Virus record (IMG/VR): IMGVR_UViG_2513237219_000007
Span: 1-37,503 of that record
Source of the DNA: a virus
Taxonomy: Duplodnaviria > Heunggongvirae > Uroviricota > Caudoviricetes
Strand: one strand, 5' to 3'
DNA: 37,503 nt
Numbering within the stretch: position 1 is the first letter of the stretch; the number at the start of each line of letters is the position of its first letter. The notes beneath the pieces were generated by a model. It was not told the origin of the DNA. It worked only from the letters and a program-made list of their open reading frames with translations, and did no database searches. Of this stretch, positions 9,955-18,865 are shown in pieces. Both the position numbers and the translations under genes were made by a program.

Positions 9955-10395
9955 ATGCAGAAATATATTTTCAGTGCCGATAAAAATGCGTTTTTCCCTG
10001 TGGAGCTTAAAATCGCTTATCAGGAATCCGGCGAATGGCCCGATGATGGAATCGAAATTGACGACACTGTTGCCGCCGAATTTATGAAGGAAGCACCAGA
10101 AGGAAAATACAGAGGTGTCATCGACGGAATGCCTGCATGGATTGATATTCCACCGCCAACTCATGAGGAACAAATTGCCGCAGCCGAACTGGAAAAGCAG
10201 CAATTGATTAATCAGGTCAACGAATACATAAACAGTAAGCAATGGCCTGGTAAAGCGGCGATTGGTCGCCTGAAAGGTGAGGAACTGGCGCAATATAATT
10301 TGTGGCTGGATTATCTGGACACACTGGAACTGGTCGATACTTCCGGTGCGCCAGATATTGAATGGCCTACGCCTCCGGCAGTTCAGGCCAGATGA
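9955..10395 (+). CDS. Tail-fibre assembly protein (alternative, partner of silent cassette)
   Basis: 146-aa ORF with tail-fibre-assembly-like C-terminus (DTSGAPDIEWPTPP); convergent with the active tfa gene. Confidence 0.75.
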   Translation: MQKYIFSADKNAFFPVELKIAYQESGEWPDDGIEIDDTVAAEFMKEAPEGKYRGVIDGMPAWIDIPPPTHEEQIAAAELEKQQLINQVNEYINSKQWPGKAAIGRLKGEELAQYNLWLDYLDTLELVDTSGAPDIEWPTPPAVQAR

Positions 10396-10960
10396 CATCC
10401 GGCGCAGTGCTGGTATCTGTTACCGTCACCGCGTCAATATAATCCAGCACGGCGTTAAGTCGGGTTGTTTCTGCCTGCGTCAGCTTCCGCCCGGCCTGTA
10501 ATTTCAGTTGAATCAGACTGATGGAAGCCATTGCAGCATCAATCAGCGACTGGCGCTGTGCTTCTGCCGCGTCTACTGCGGCACTATGCTGTGCCTCAGT
10601 ATCTGTCACCCATTTCTCACCATCCCATTTATCGTATGGCGTTAACGGTGAAAGCGTGACATAACCGTCTTTGATGGCACCGATATAATCCACTGTAACA
10701 GCTGCGCCATTTTCGATTGAGTAAACAGTCTCATTGCGGTGGTCTTCTTCATGGCTCCATCCCTTACCCGTAAATACTGCCACTTTCCCCGGAATGTATT
10801 CGCCCGGGTCAATACCAGTGGAACAGGCGGGCATGCTTACGCCAGTATTAATATATTCATCAGACCAGCCCGTATATTCAGACGTTACTGCATCATAATA
10901 AAAACAACGCATATCACCCGGCACTGTAGCCAGCCCATTTTCATCAAAAACAGGTTTCAT
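10367..10960 (-). CDS. Tail-fibre assembly protein gpG (active orientation)
   Basis: 197-aa ORF, P2 G-like; start shares one base with the H stop (TAATG). Confidence 0.8.
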   Translation of the reverse strand: MKPVFDENGLATVPGDMRCFYYDAVTSEYTGWSDEYINTGVSMPACSTGIDPGEYIPGKVAVFTGKGWSHEEDHRNETVYSIENGAAVTVDYIGAIKDGYVTLSPLTPYDKWDGEKWVTDTEAQHSAAVDAAEAQRQSLIDAAMASISLIQLKLQAGRKLTQAETTRLNAVLDYIDAVTVTDTSTAPDVIWPELPEA

Positions 10961-12474
10961 TATGCAGCCCTCACAATATAATTAAAGGCGATGTTACGTG
11001 GACGGTTTTCATTAGCTGTTGGCACGACACGAGAGGCGTCGAATCCAAGGTCATCGGTTTTGTCTATAGTAGTTGTGTTATTCGGCATTCTCGCTGATCG
11101 TGTTCCTGCATCGTAAAAAGCCCCTCTGATTGCATCAAAAGACATACCGATCCCGCCATCTGCGAATCCCTCAATATTTCTTATTGCATCCCCCTGTGAA
11201 GATAATAATTGTCGCCCGGCATCCACTCCACGTCCGTCATCCCAGCCACGAATAAATTCACCGCGTAAATCAGGCAATTTATTTGTCGGATAAACCTTTG
11301 CCAGTTCCGGGTATTCTTCAGCAGAAAAAGCCGCACCATTGCATTTTAGCCAGCCTGTTGGCGGAGTGGCGGAAGGCCACGGGACAGGCACACCAACGGG
11401 TAATGCCGAACCTTCTCCCAAACCAAGGTATGTGAGAAGACCAGCTACATCCTTTCCACTCAAATTGGTAAGCGTATTGTCCAGCGGTTGTTTACCTGCC
11501 AGCGCATTAAGCATTGTCGTGGCAAAGTTCGGATCATTCCCCAGTGCCGCCGCCAGTTCGTTCAGTGTATCCAGTGCAGCAGGTGCAGAACCCACCATTC
11601 CTGCAATCGCCGATTTCACAAAAGCCGTAGTGGCAATCTGTGTATTGTTGACCGACTGCGCCGCCGTGGGGGCTGTTGGCGTTCCGGTGAGTGCCGGACT
11701 CGACAACGGTGCTTTTAGTGCCAGCGCATTGTTAATGGTGGTACTGAAATTCGGATCATTGTTAATGGCTGCGGCTATTTCTTTCAGCGTGTCCAGCGTG
11801 GCTGGCGCACCATTAATAAGGGCCGTCAGTGCCGCCTGTACAAACGCAGTGGTCGCAACCTGCGTGGTATTATTCCCCGCCGCTGGCGTTGGCGCTTTGG
11901 GGGTTCCGGTAAATGTCGGGCTGGCTTTTGGCGCGTACTGTGAATGCGGGTCCGGTGCGGCAAGATGTTTTGCCATCTGATCATCCGCGTACACCTTCAG
12001 CTCCAGTGCCTTGTCATCCACATACTTGCGGGTTGCCAGCACTACAGCAGGGTCGATTTTCAGGGTGATATTGTCCGTGCTGCTGGTAATCAGCACCATG
12101 CGCACGGTCTGGGTGCGCCCGCTACCTTCAGCCAGTTGCGGCTTATAGCTTTCCGGGCAGTTGCCCACGGCAATCAATGCCCCGGACTCATCAAACAAGC
12201 CCACTTCACGTATCCACCAACCGCCCTCGTTTTCAGGGATCACCTGTTCGGCAATAATCTGGCTGCTGTTCTGCGGGTCGATATAAAGCATATTCAGCGC
12301 AGCCCGGCGTTTCTCATTTACCAGTGCCGTCTGCTTTGCGTCCGGCGTTGGCAATACTCCACTGCCATCGCCCACCGCCATATGGGTAATTTTTAGCGGC
12401 ACACCGAGCGCGGCGGCGCTGGCAAGTTTCGCCGCGCCAATATCCGTCAGCAGGGTATAAAATTTTGTGCTCAT
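10960..12474 (-). CDS. Tail fibre protein gpH (constant N-terminal part plus invertible C-terminal part)
   Basis: 504-aa ORF with an internal tandem repeat of about 73 aa (TTAFV..DTL..E.AAA..NDPNF.TT..NALA.K.PL); inversion crossover inside the gene at codon 350. Confidence 0.85.
   Translation of the reverse strand: MSTKFYTLLTDIGAAKLASAAALGVPLKITHMAVGDGSGVLPTPDAKQTALVNEKRRAALNMLYIDPQNSSQIIAEQVIPENEGGWWIREVGLFDESGALIAVGNCPESYKPQLAEGSGRTQTVRMVLITSSTDNITLKIDPAVVLATRKYVDDKALELKVYADDQMAKHLAAPDPHSQYAPKASPTFTGTPKAPTPAAGNNTTQVATTAFVQAALTALINGAPATLDTLKEIAAAINNDPNFSTTINNALALKAPLSSPALTGTPTAPTAAQSVNNTQIATTAFVKSAIAGMVGSAPAALDTLNELAAALGNDPNFATTMLNALAGKQPLDNTLTNLSGKDVAGLLTYLGLGEGSALPVGVPVPWPSATPPTGWLKCNGAAFSAEEYPELAKVYPTNKLPDLRGEFIRGWDDGRGVDAGRQLLSSQGDAIRNIEGFADGGIGMSFDAIRGAFYDAGTRSARMPNNTTTIDKTDDLGFDASRVVPTANENRPRNIAFNYIVRAA
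11413..11438. repeat. Right inversion crossover site inside tail-fibre gene H
   Basis: TTCTCCCAAACC AA GGTATGTGAGAA, inverted relative to the site at 9582..9607. Confidence 0.65.
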
Positions 12475-13076
12475 GGATTCACTCTCATTGTGTCAATAAC
12501 ATGGACCGCCCCGCCTTCATGCGCGGTGCCACCGGAAATAATCGTTTCGTTGATATACGGATAGATCGTGATTTCTTCGCCAAGATAGCTGGCGGCTCCC
12601 ACCCAATGCGGGCCGCTGGTCTGCAGATTGATGGACATGCCGATCATGTGGCGGCTACATGGTTTGGCATCGCTTATCAGTCGCTCAAGTTCCAGATAGG
12701 TATCTTCAGTGATGCCCTGGTCCTGCACGCCGATATCCAGGCGAAACGTGCCCGGTGTTTCTCCGGTCTGCCACCACTCAATAATGCGGATCAGGAATCC
12801 GAACGGCTCCACCACCCGCCGCACGGCACTGGTGGTCCCTTTATGCTGATGAATATAAAAAGCATCCTTCACCACCTGGCGCTTGACGCTTTCTGTCCAG
12901 CCCTCGTCCCAGCGATCCACAGAGAACGCCCAGGCGAGATAAGGCAGGAAACTGACCGGACAGGTTGCCGGATTCCACAAGTCACGAAGCGGCACCTGCA
13001 GATCAGAAATCCCGCTGCAGGTTTGCGCCAGTCGGCGCTCCAGTGGTGTTGAACCCGGTGGCAGCAGACTATTCAT
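12471..13076 (-). CDS. Baseplate assembly protein gpI
   Basis: 201-aa ORF at the P2 I position. Confidence 0.8.
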   Translation of the reverse strand: MNSLLPPGSTPLERRLAQTCSGISDLQVPLRDLWNPATCPVSFLPYLAWAFSVDRWDEGWTESVKRQVVKDAFYIHQHKGTTSAVRRVVEPFGFLIRIIEWWQTGETPGTFRLDIGVQDQGITEDTYLELERLISDAKPCSRHMIGMSINLQTSGPHWVGAASYLGEEITIYPYINETIISGGTAHEGGAVHVIDTMRVNP

Positions 13077-14016
13077 CCGTTCCTCCGTTGGTTACGCTCC
13101 ACTGCGTACATGATGCCGCCTGTGTTTTGTTCAGGACCACATCCGCCAGAGGAGAAGCCAGCTCCACACGCTGCACCCCCTCAACATGCAGGGCGGCAAA
13201 GATGGCGCTACGGCGAATATCCCGACCAAGACGCGTCTGACTGGCGATGTACTTCTGCAGGCTGGCTTTTGCCGCTGCCATTACCGGCTCTGCTTCCGGT
13301 CCAGGATAGAGAAAAATGGTGGCATCCACGCGATACGGGATGATTTCTGCGCTGCGAACCGTAAGACGGTCAGCCACCGGGCGGACGTTCTCACTGTTCA
13401 GAGCTTTTTCCACCACGTCCAGCAGGTCTTTTTCTGCAGTTCCATCGCCTTCGCGGCTAAGGACAGTCAGCACCACCTCTGCAGGTGCCGGGCTGGTTGC
13501 ACTGGCATCCGCCACCCGACCGTCGGCGCTTCGGGCATGAAATTCATAAGCTGCAGTTGGCCCCGCAACAGAAAGCCCTTCAAAGGCTGCAGGCACACGC
13601 AGGCGCAACGCTTCATCGCTTTCCATCACAGCTGCAACGGGCGGCACAGCATCATTATCAGCAGGCGTCACCGTCAGGCGTGTCACGTTGTAGTTGGCAG
13701 CGAGCTGGTCAAGATCGCCGCCCATCGCGTAAGCCACCATCACCGCCTGCGCGGCTTCGTTAATGCGCTGGCGCAGAAGCAACTCACGGTAAGCGTTCTC
13801 CTGCAACAATTTAGTGGCGGGTTCAGATTCCAGTTCCAGCGTGCGGATCACTGCTTCCTGCTCATCTTTCGGATGAAGCGCCACAAATTCTGCCTTGCGT
13901 TCGGCAAGCAGCGTCTCAAAGTCCGGCACATCCACAATCTGCGGTGCAGGCAACTGCGAAAGGTCAATCACTGCCATTCTCTGCTCCTGTTGATACGGAA
14001 AGGGACACAGGCACAC
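13069..14016 (-). CDS. Baseplate assembly protein gpJ
   Basis: 315-aa ORF at the P2 J position. Confidence 0.85.
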   Translation of the reverse strand: MCLCPFPYQQEQRMAVIDLSQLPAPQIVDVPDFETLLAERKAEFVALHPKDEQEAVIRTLELESEPATKLLQENAYRELLLRQRINEAAQAVMVAYAMGGDLDQLAANYNVTRLTVTPADNDAVPPVAAVMESDEALRLRVPAAFEGLSVAGPTAAYEFHARSADGRVADASATSPAPAEVVLTVLSREGDGTAEKDLLDVVEKALNSENVRPVADRLTVRSAEIIPYRVDATIFLYPGPEAEPVMAAAKASLQKYIASQTRLGRDIRRSAIFAALHVEGVQRVELASPLADVVLNKTQAASCTQWSVTNGGTDE

Positions 14017-14323
14017 CGTTATTCCGCCGCCCGGTCAGCTCCACCACCATTGAACCGTCAAAATTGCTGTTGATGGTGATGGAATCCAGCGTCAACCGTG
14101 GCTCCCAGCGACTCAGCGCCACATACACTGCCGACATGACCTGCAGGCGTAATGCCGGATTTTGTGGCTGATCTATCAGTGCCGACAGCAGGGAACCATA
14201 TTCCCGGCGGGCAATACGGCTACCCTGCGGTGTCAGCAGAATGTCCCGCACCGACTGGCGCAGATGATCAATATCAGTAATGACTTTGCCGCTGGTATTG
14301 TTCATCCCGCTATAAAGCGTCAT
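13964..14323 (-). CDS. Baseplate wedge protein gpW (gp25-like)
   Basis: 119-aa ORF at the P2 W position. Confidence 0.8.
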   Translation of the reverse strand: MTLYSGMNNTSGKVITDIDHLRQSVRDILLTPQGSRIARREYGSLLSALIDQPQNPALRLQVMSAVYVALSRWEPRLTLDSITINSNFDGSMVVELTGRRNNGVPVSLSVSTGAENGSD

Positions 14324-14898
14324 ACCGGGCCTCCGGTTGTATCGCCGCCTTTCAGGACGCCAGTATGCTGATGCGCATCAACCACGATCCCGTTAGAACT
14401 CATCGCTCCGCCGCCCTGGGTAACGCCACCATTGATCACCACTTCGCTGTTAATGCGCGTGCGGTCAGCCTCCAGTACAAACTCACTGGTTTTCATGGTG
14501 ATGTTGTCAGCAGCCTCAATGACCATTGATTTGATGCCCCTGACATACCAGCGCCCGGTGGCGGGTTCGTATTCAAACCAGCCACCGTCAGGATGTTCTG
14601 TCACGCAGGCGTCCGCCGACGTCGACGGTGGTGCGAACTGATTCGAATAGACAGCGGGCAGCGCAAAGGCGGTTTCCAGATTGCCGCCCAGACTCAGCAG
14701 CACCACCTGCTCACCTTCCGATGGTCGCCACCATGTACGGGCATTCCCGGCACGCAGCGTCAGCCAGCTGATCCAGTTGGTTTCAAGCTCGCCCGTTTTC
14801 ACCCGGCAAAGCCAGTTTTCCCTGTCCACTTCGGTGACTACCCCTGTGCGGATCAGGTTGGTGATAAGGCGCATGATTTCGGTTAATTGTGCGTTCAT
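14320..14898 (-). CDS. Baseplate spike/assembly protein gpV
   Basis: 192-aa ORF at the P2 V position. Confidence 0.8.
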   Translation of the reverse strand: MNAQLTEIMRLITNLIRTGVVTEVDRENWLCRVKTGELETNWISWLTLRAGNARTWWRPSEGEQVVLLSLGGNLETAFALPAVYSNQFAPPSTSADACVTEHPDGGWFEYEPATGRWYVRGIKSMVIEAADNITMKTSEFVLEADRTRINSEVVINGGVTQGGGAMSSNGIVVDAHQHTGVLKGGDTTGGPV

Positions 14899-14944
14899 AG
14901 GGAAAGGTTGCCATCAGGGGAAGAAAGGCGGCAGTGCTGCAACT

Positions 14945-14962
14945 TGTATCAGTGCTGATACA
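14945..14962. promoter_or_regulatory. Candidate Ogr-binding dyad of late promoter P_V
   Basis: Perfect palindrome TGTATCAGTGCTGATACA within TTGT..ACAA, in the 68-bp S-V intergenic region. Confidence 0.5.
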
Positions 14963-14966
14963 AAGA

Positions 14967-15413
14967 TCACCCCGCCAGCCATTGCAGAATCATGTCGCGG
15001 GTCATTGCCTCAACATCATCATTTACACCCAGAAGGCGACGCTCTGCGTAACGCACCTCCGGTCCCTTACGACTGACGCGATCTCGCAGGCCGTAATGGT
15101 GAACGCGGGCAATGCGCTGCACCTTGCCTTCAAACTGCACGCTGGCAGAGTCGGTGCTGGCGGCAGTTTTCAGGTATTTTGTGGTGCGCAGCTTTGCAAA
15201 CATCTGACGTTTGATACGGCCTTTTTTACTGCGTGCTGTTACCCGTCGCGGTTCATAGCTGCTGCCGTCAGGGTTGCGCTGCATCCTGATATTCTGCTGC
15301 TGTGTCCGGCGAAGTTCCTGCGCCAGCTGGCGCATCATGCGGCTTCTCGAGGCTGGTTCCAGATTCGCCAGCAAGGCACTCAGCCAGTCGTCCACCTTCT
15401 GCAGTTCAGCCAC
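14967..15413 (-). CDS. Tail completion protein gpS
   Basis: 148-aa ORF at the P2 S position. Confidence 0.8.
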   Translation of the reverse strand: MAELQKVDDWLSALLANLEPASRSRMMRQLAQELRRTQQQNIRMQRNPDGSSYEPRRVTARSKKGRIKRQMFAKLRTTKYLKTAASTDSASVQFEGKVQRIARVHHYGLRDRVSRKGPEVRYAERRLLGVNDDVEAMTRDMILQWLAG

Positions 15414-15858
15414 GTTTCACCGTCCACATTTCTTCAGGTGCATCAGGTTCCGCTATAGCTTCAACGCTCGACACACTGCCGTCAGTGCTGACCAGCACAC
15501 GTTCCGTCAGTTGCAGGTTCAGGCTGATATCACAGACATCGTTGCGCAGAATATCCACCTCAAAGGTGAATAGCTTTTCCCGTAACGCCGGGTTATTGAT
15601 GGCATCGGGCTGGTTATCCCTCAGCCACAGCAAAACCGGGGCCATCAGCAGATTCTGGTCGCCGCTGAAATCCTCAATCACCGCGTTCAGTGTGTAACGG
15701 TACTCCCACGACATGGAGCTGGCCCCCGTGGCAACCAGCGAACCGTTATCCACAAACAGATGCAGTTTGTCCGGGTTATTGCGGACATAAGGCACCGCTT
15801 TATTGAGGGCGTGGCGCAGGGATTGTGGTTTGTTCACTGTTTCGCTCCTGACACGCAA
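15406..15858 (-). CDS. Tail completion protein gpR
   Basis: 150-aa ORF at the P2 R position. Confidence 0.8.
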   Translation of the reverse strand: MRVRSETVNKPQSLRHALNKAVPYVRNNPDKLHLFVDNGSLVATGASSMSWEYRYTLNAVIEDFSGDQNLLMAPVLLWLRDNQPDAINNPALREKLFTFEVDILRNDVCDISLNLQLTERVLVSTDGSVSSVEAIAEPDAPEEMWTVKRG

Positions 15859-16090
15859 TAATCATGTCCACTTTGTCTGCACAGACCGCCCAGGCGGCCT
15901 CCGTTTCATCCAGCAACGCGTTCAGATCACCGTTAGTGCGCGGCGTTGCCTGATCCAGCCGACACGGCGTCACTCGCGGACAACCACTGACGGTAAGCCA
16001 TACCTCCGGTGAGTGCCGGACGTTTCCGCAGCCGGATAATGTCAGCAGGCAAAGGAGTATCAGCCCAGCGGCGTAAATCCTCGTTCTCAC
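15800..16090 (-). CDS. lysC: Outer-membrane spanin lipoprotein LysC (Rz1-like), embedded out of frame in lysB
   Basis: 96-aa ORF with signal peptide and lipobox (LLTLSGC) and a Pro-rich tail; overlaps lysB in another frame. Confidence 0.7.
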   Translation of the reverse strand: MRTRIYAAGLILLCLLTLSGCGNVRHSPEVWLTVSGCPRVTPCRLDQATPRTNGDLNALLDETEAAWAVCADKVDMIIACQERNSEQTTIPAPRPQ

Positions 16091-16361
16091 GTTTCAGTTC
16101 CTCGATCCGGTGTTGTCGTTGTCTCAGCAGCGTGCTGGTCTGTTCTGCTTCGGCATAGAGCCGCGCCTGCTCCCGGTTATTGGTTTCAGTCAGAATGGAC
16201 AGGCTGATAAGCTGGCTATTGCTCTTTGCCAGTGCCTGGCTTTTGCTCTGCAGCTCGTCTGCCTGCGTGCTGATGGTCTGGCTGGCATCAGCCAGCCGCC
16301 ACGTCTGCCAGCCCAGCGCCGCCAGTAATAACGTCAGCACAACCAGCAGCAACCGGTTCAT
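15933..16361 (-). CDS. lysB: Inner-membrane spanin LysB (Rz-like)
   Basis: 142-aa ORF with N-terminal TM segment and coiled-coil. Confidence 0.75.
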   Translation of the reverse strand: MNRLLLVVLTLLLAALGWQTWRLADASQTISTQADELQSKSQALAKSNSQLISLSILTETNNREQARLYAEAEQTSTLLRQRQHRIEELKRENEDLRRWADTPLPADIIRLRKRPALTGGMAYRQWLSASDAVSAGSGNAAH

Positions 16362-16735
16362 GCTGCTACCTGTTGCGCCATCTGATTACGGGTGATCCAG
16401 AAGGCAATAACGGTCAGTAGATAAAAGACCAGGGTAATAGCCCACCCCGTCCAGGCGAGACTTACAACAATCAGCAATCGCATCACCCAACTGGTAAATA
16501 CGTTTTCTTTTCGGGTAATTGTCTTCAGCAAAGATGCCCTTAACTCCTGCCAGAGCGGGCCATTCTTAATTAACGCAGCCAGTGCTACCGGAATTACCGC
16601 CCATGTCAGCAAACAGGCTACCCAAACGCCGGACGCTGCCAGTACCGGAAAAATCCCCTGCGGATACACCATTGCTGCGATTAACAGCGCCATCCATAAC
16701 ATCAGAAACAGTCCGCTGATTAATTTCTTTTTCAT
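16358..16735 (-). CDS. lysA: Lysis accessory membrane protein LysA
   Basis: Multi-TM protein; start taken as the internal ATG that gives a TGAAATG junction with the endolysin stop. Confidence 0.65.
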   Translation of the reverse strand: MKKKLISGLFLMLWMALLIAAMVYPQGIFPVLAASGVWVACLLTWAVIPVALAALIKNGPLWQELRASLLKTITRKENVFTSWVMRLLIVVSLAWTGWAITLVFYLLTVIAFWITRNQMAQQVAA

Positions 16736-16736
16736 T

Positions 16737-17249
16737 TCAGTTTGCTCCCTGTAAACACCAGGCCATCTCCCGCGCACGGCGGTTATCCAGCCCCTGATTA
16801 AAAACACCTTTCACATAAACCCAGCGCGGCAACTGTCGGCATGCATCCGCCCAGCGCCGCTGATTGAGCAATTTCACCAGCGTGGAACTACAGGCATTGC
16901 CCGTCCCCACGTTGAAGGCAAACGACACCGTAGCGTCATACACCTTCTGCGGCGGCTGTTGCTTCACACACCTTTCCAGCGCCCGCTCCACTCGTAGCAC
17001 GTTGGAGATCAGCCCTTCAGCTGCCTGTCGTTCCGTAATAATTTTGCCGGGAATGACGCCCGACGTATTACCAATGCCGTCGGTCCAGACACCCGCGCTG
17101 CACTGATACGGCTGCAGACGACAGCCTTCATAATCGGCGATCAGTTTCAGTCCCTCCTCGGAGGTGTGAAGCTGCTGAAACCCCGGCAGCGTGGCAGCAA
17201 TAGCCAGCACGGCCCCGACAAGGCAGCGTTTAACGATTGATGGATTCAT
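16737..17249 (-). CDS. Endolysin gpK (phage lysozyme)
   Basis: 170-aa ORF, phage lysozyme-like (LKLIADYEGCRLQPYQCSAGVWTDGIGNT). Confidence 0.85.
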   Translation of the reverse strand: MNPSIVKRCLVGAVLAIAATLPGFQQLHTSEEGLKLIADYEGCRLQPYQCSAGVWTDGIGNTSGVIPGKIITERQAAEGLISNVLRVERALERCVKQQPPQKVYDATVSFAFNVGTGNACSSTLVKLLNQRRWADACRQLPRWVYVKGVFNQGLDNRRAREMAWCLQGAN

Positions 17250-17445
17250 AGTCCTCCCGCGAGATCTGCCCGTCGCGCAGAAGCTGGTAGGCTTTGTGTT
17301 TGTAGTACCAGTTGATAGCCAGCATCAGCACACCGATCATCAGGCCGCCCAGCGTTGAGGCATCCTTGATGGACAAATCGCCCAGCCAGGCCAGCACGAC
17401 GGCGATGCAATACGTGATAAAGGCGCTGATTCGCTCAAGCGTCAT
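17230..17445 (-). CDS. Holin gpY
   Basis: 71-aa ORF with two hydrophobic segments and a charged C-terminus, immediately upstream of the endolysin. Confidence 0.7.
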   Translation of the reverse strand: MTLERISAFITYCIAVVLAWLGDLSIKDASTLGGLMIGVLMLAINWYYKHKAYQLLRDGQISREDYESINR

Positions 17446-17448
17446 AAT

Positions 17449-17652
17449 TCAGTCCCATAGCTGGACGGTCTGCACGGTGGTGGTTGTCGGAATGTCCGGC
17501 AGCTCCACCTGCAGCCCGTGAGGTAAAAAGGGGCCGTATTCGGCAAGCCCCGGATTTGCCTTCAGTACCTGCTCCGTGACACCCTGCGTGCGCCCGTAAT
17601 GACGCCAGCAAAGTGCGTCCACCGTGTCATACTGATGCGCACGCACTTTCAT
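17449..17652 (-). CDS. Tail protein gpX
   Basis: 67-aa ORF at the P2 X position. Confidence 0.75.
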   Translation of the reverse strand: MKVRAHQYDTVDALCWRHYGRTQGVTEQVLKANPGLAEYGPFLPHGLQVELPDIPTTTTVQTVQLWD

Positions 17653-18179
17653 CAGATAAGCTCCACTGTGCAGTGCGGCGCATCCTGCACCCGGCTGATG
17701 GCCCAGCGGGCGTCACGCCATAAATCACCGCTTGCTTCCGCCAGTTCCTCGCCTCGCTTCGCACCGGATGCCGTGGCGTCATAGTCCTGGTAACGTTCGT
17801 TGAGCATGGCGCGTGCCCAGCAGTAAACCGCGTTGAAATAGTGCTGAATGCGCTCGCTTTTGCCGTCCAGTTGTTCCGCCGGGACTTCTGCCAGCGAGGC
17901 ATACCCCAGCATCTGCTGGCGTCTGCGAAACTCATACAGCTCTGCGTTGACCTCCGAAATTGCCGACAGGGCAACCTGTTTTAAACGCGGCTGCGTCACC
18001 GTGCCGTCAGTGCGCATCACACTGCGAAACTCCGACAGGTCCACATCAGGCCAGAACGGCGTATTCCTGATGATTTCCGCCTGTTCCGGTGCCTGTTCTG
18101 GCGCAACAAACTTCATGCTGCTTTCTCCTGAAATAGAGGGCGGTGGACGGGGTTTTGATGTGGCAGTGCCTTTCGCCAC
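17652..18179 (-). CDS. Capsid completion protein gpL
   Basis: 175-aa ORF at the P2 L position; true start may be the internal Met (MKFVAPEQ). Confidence 0.75.
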   Translation of the reverse strand: MAKGTATSKPRPPPSISGESSMKFVAPEQAPEQAEIIRNTPFWPDVDLSEFRSVMRTDGTVTQPRLKQVALSAISEVNAELYEFRRRQQMLGYASLAEVPAEQLDGKSERIQHYFNAVYCWARAMLNERYQDYDATASGAKRGEELAEASGDLWRDARWAISRVQDAPHCTVELI

Positions 18180-18211
18180 CCCGTGCCGCCCGTGCGCGGG
18201 GGCACGTTCTG

Positions 18212-18862
18212 TCAGCGGCTGTCATTGCGCAGTCTGCGCTCCAGCTGCTGTTTGTCTTTTTTCACGCCACAGCGGGGATCGAGCTGTAACGCATGGTTGA
18301 GATGATTAAGGGCAGACGCCGGATTTCTTTCACTCAGGACAGCGCCAATCGCTTTATGCAGACGCGCCCGTGACTGGTCCGGCATATCCATACCGTCTGT
18401 CAGCTCCAGGGTCTGCAGCAACAGATCGGCATCAAAGCCGGTGGCGGCAAGCATTGCGCTCTGGGCTGCATCTGCCATTTCCTCTGCCAGCACGGTCTGC
18501 ACGTTGCGGTTACCTAACGGCATCACCCAGCCATGACGCAGGGCGTGACGCCCGATCTCCAGCGCCCCGGCATAATCTCCGGCATCAATGCGCCACAGCA
18601 TCACGTACATCAGCACGTCATCCTGTTGAGCGCCTCCGGCAGCCAGGACACCCTCCGCCCAGGCGGCGTACTTCGGCAGCAGCTCCACCTTGATTTCCGC
18701 TTTTTTGACCGTAGACTGAACGCCCTTGAGACGGCGGCGGTCTTCCGCCAGTTGCAGCAGCATCAGGTCATAGCCCGACGCGTGGCGAACGCTGCCGCCC
18801 TCGCGGGCGGCCTGTTCAGCCTGAACGCGCAGGCGATGCTGCCGTGCGGGACTCAGGCTCAT
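18212..18862 (-). CDS. Terminase endonuclease (small) subunit gpM
   Basis: 216-aa ORF at the P2 M position. Confidence 0.8.
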   Translation of the reverse strand: MSLSPARQHRLRVQAEQAAREGGSVRHASGYDLMLLQLAEDRRRLKGVQSTVKKAEIKVELLPKYAAWAEGVLAAGGAQQDDVLMYVMLWRIDAGDYAGALEIGRHALRHGWVMPLGNRNVQTVLAEEMADAAQSAMLAATGFDADLLLQTLELTDGMDMPDQSRARLHKAIGAVLSERNPASALNHLNHALQLDPRCGVKKDKQQLERRLRNDSR

Positions 18863-18865
18863 GAA

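Noticed and set aside
13186-14073. 295-aa plus-strand ORF and similar ORFs (13485..13763, 14593..15458) across the baseplate genes
   Set aside because: Antisense to J, W, V and S; His/Arg/Cys-rich low-complexity translations typical of non-coding frames.
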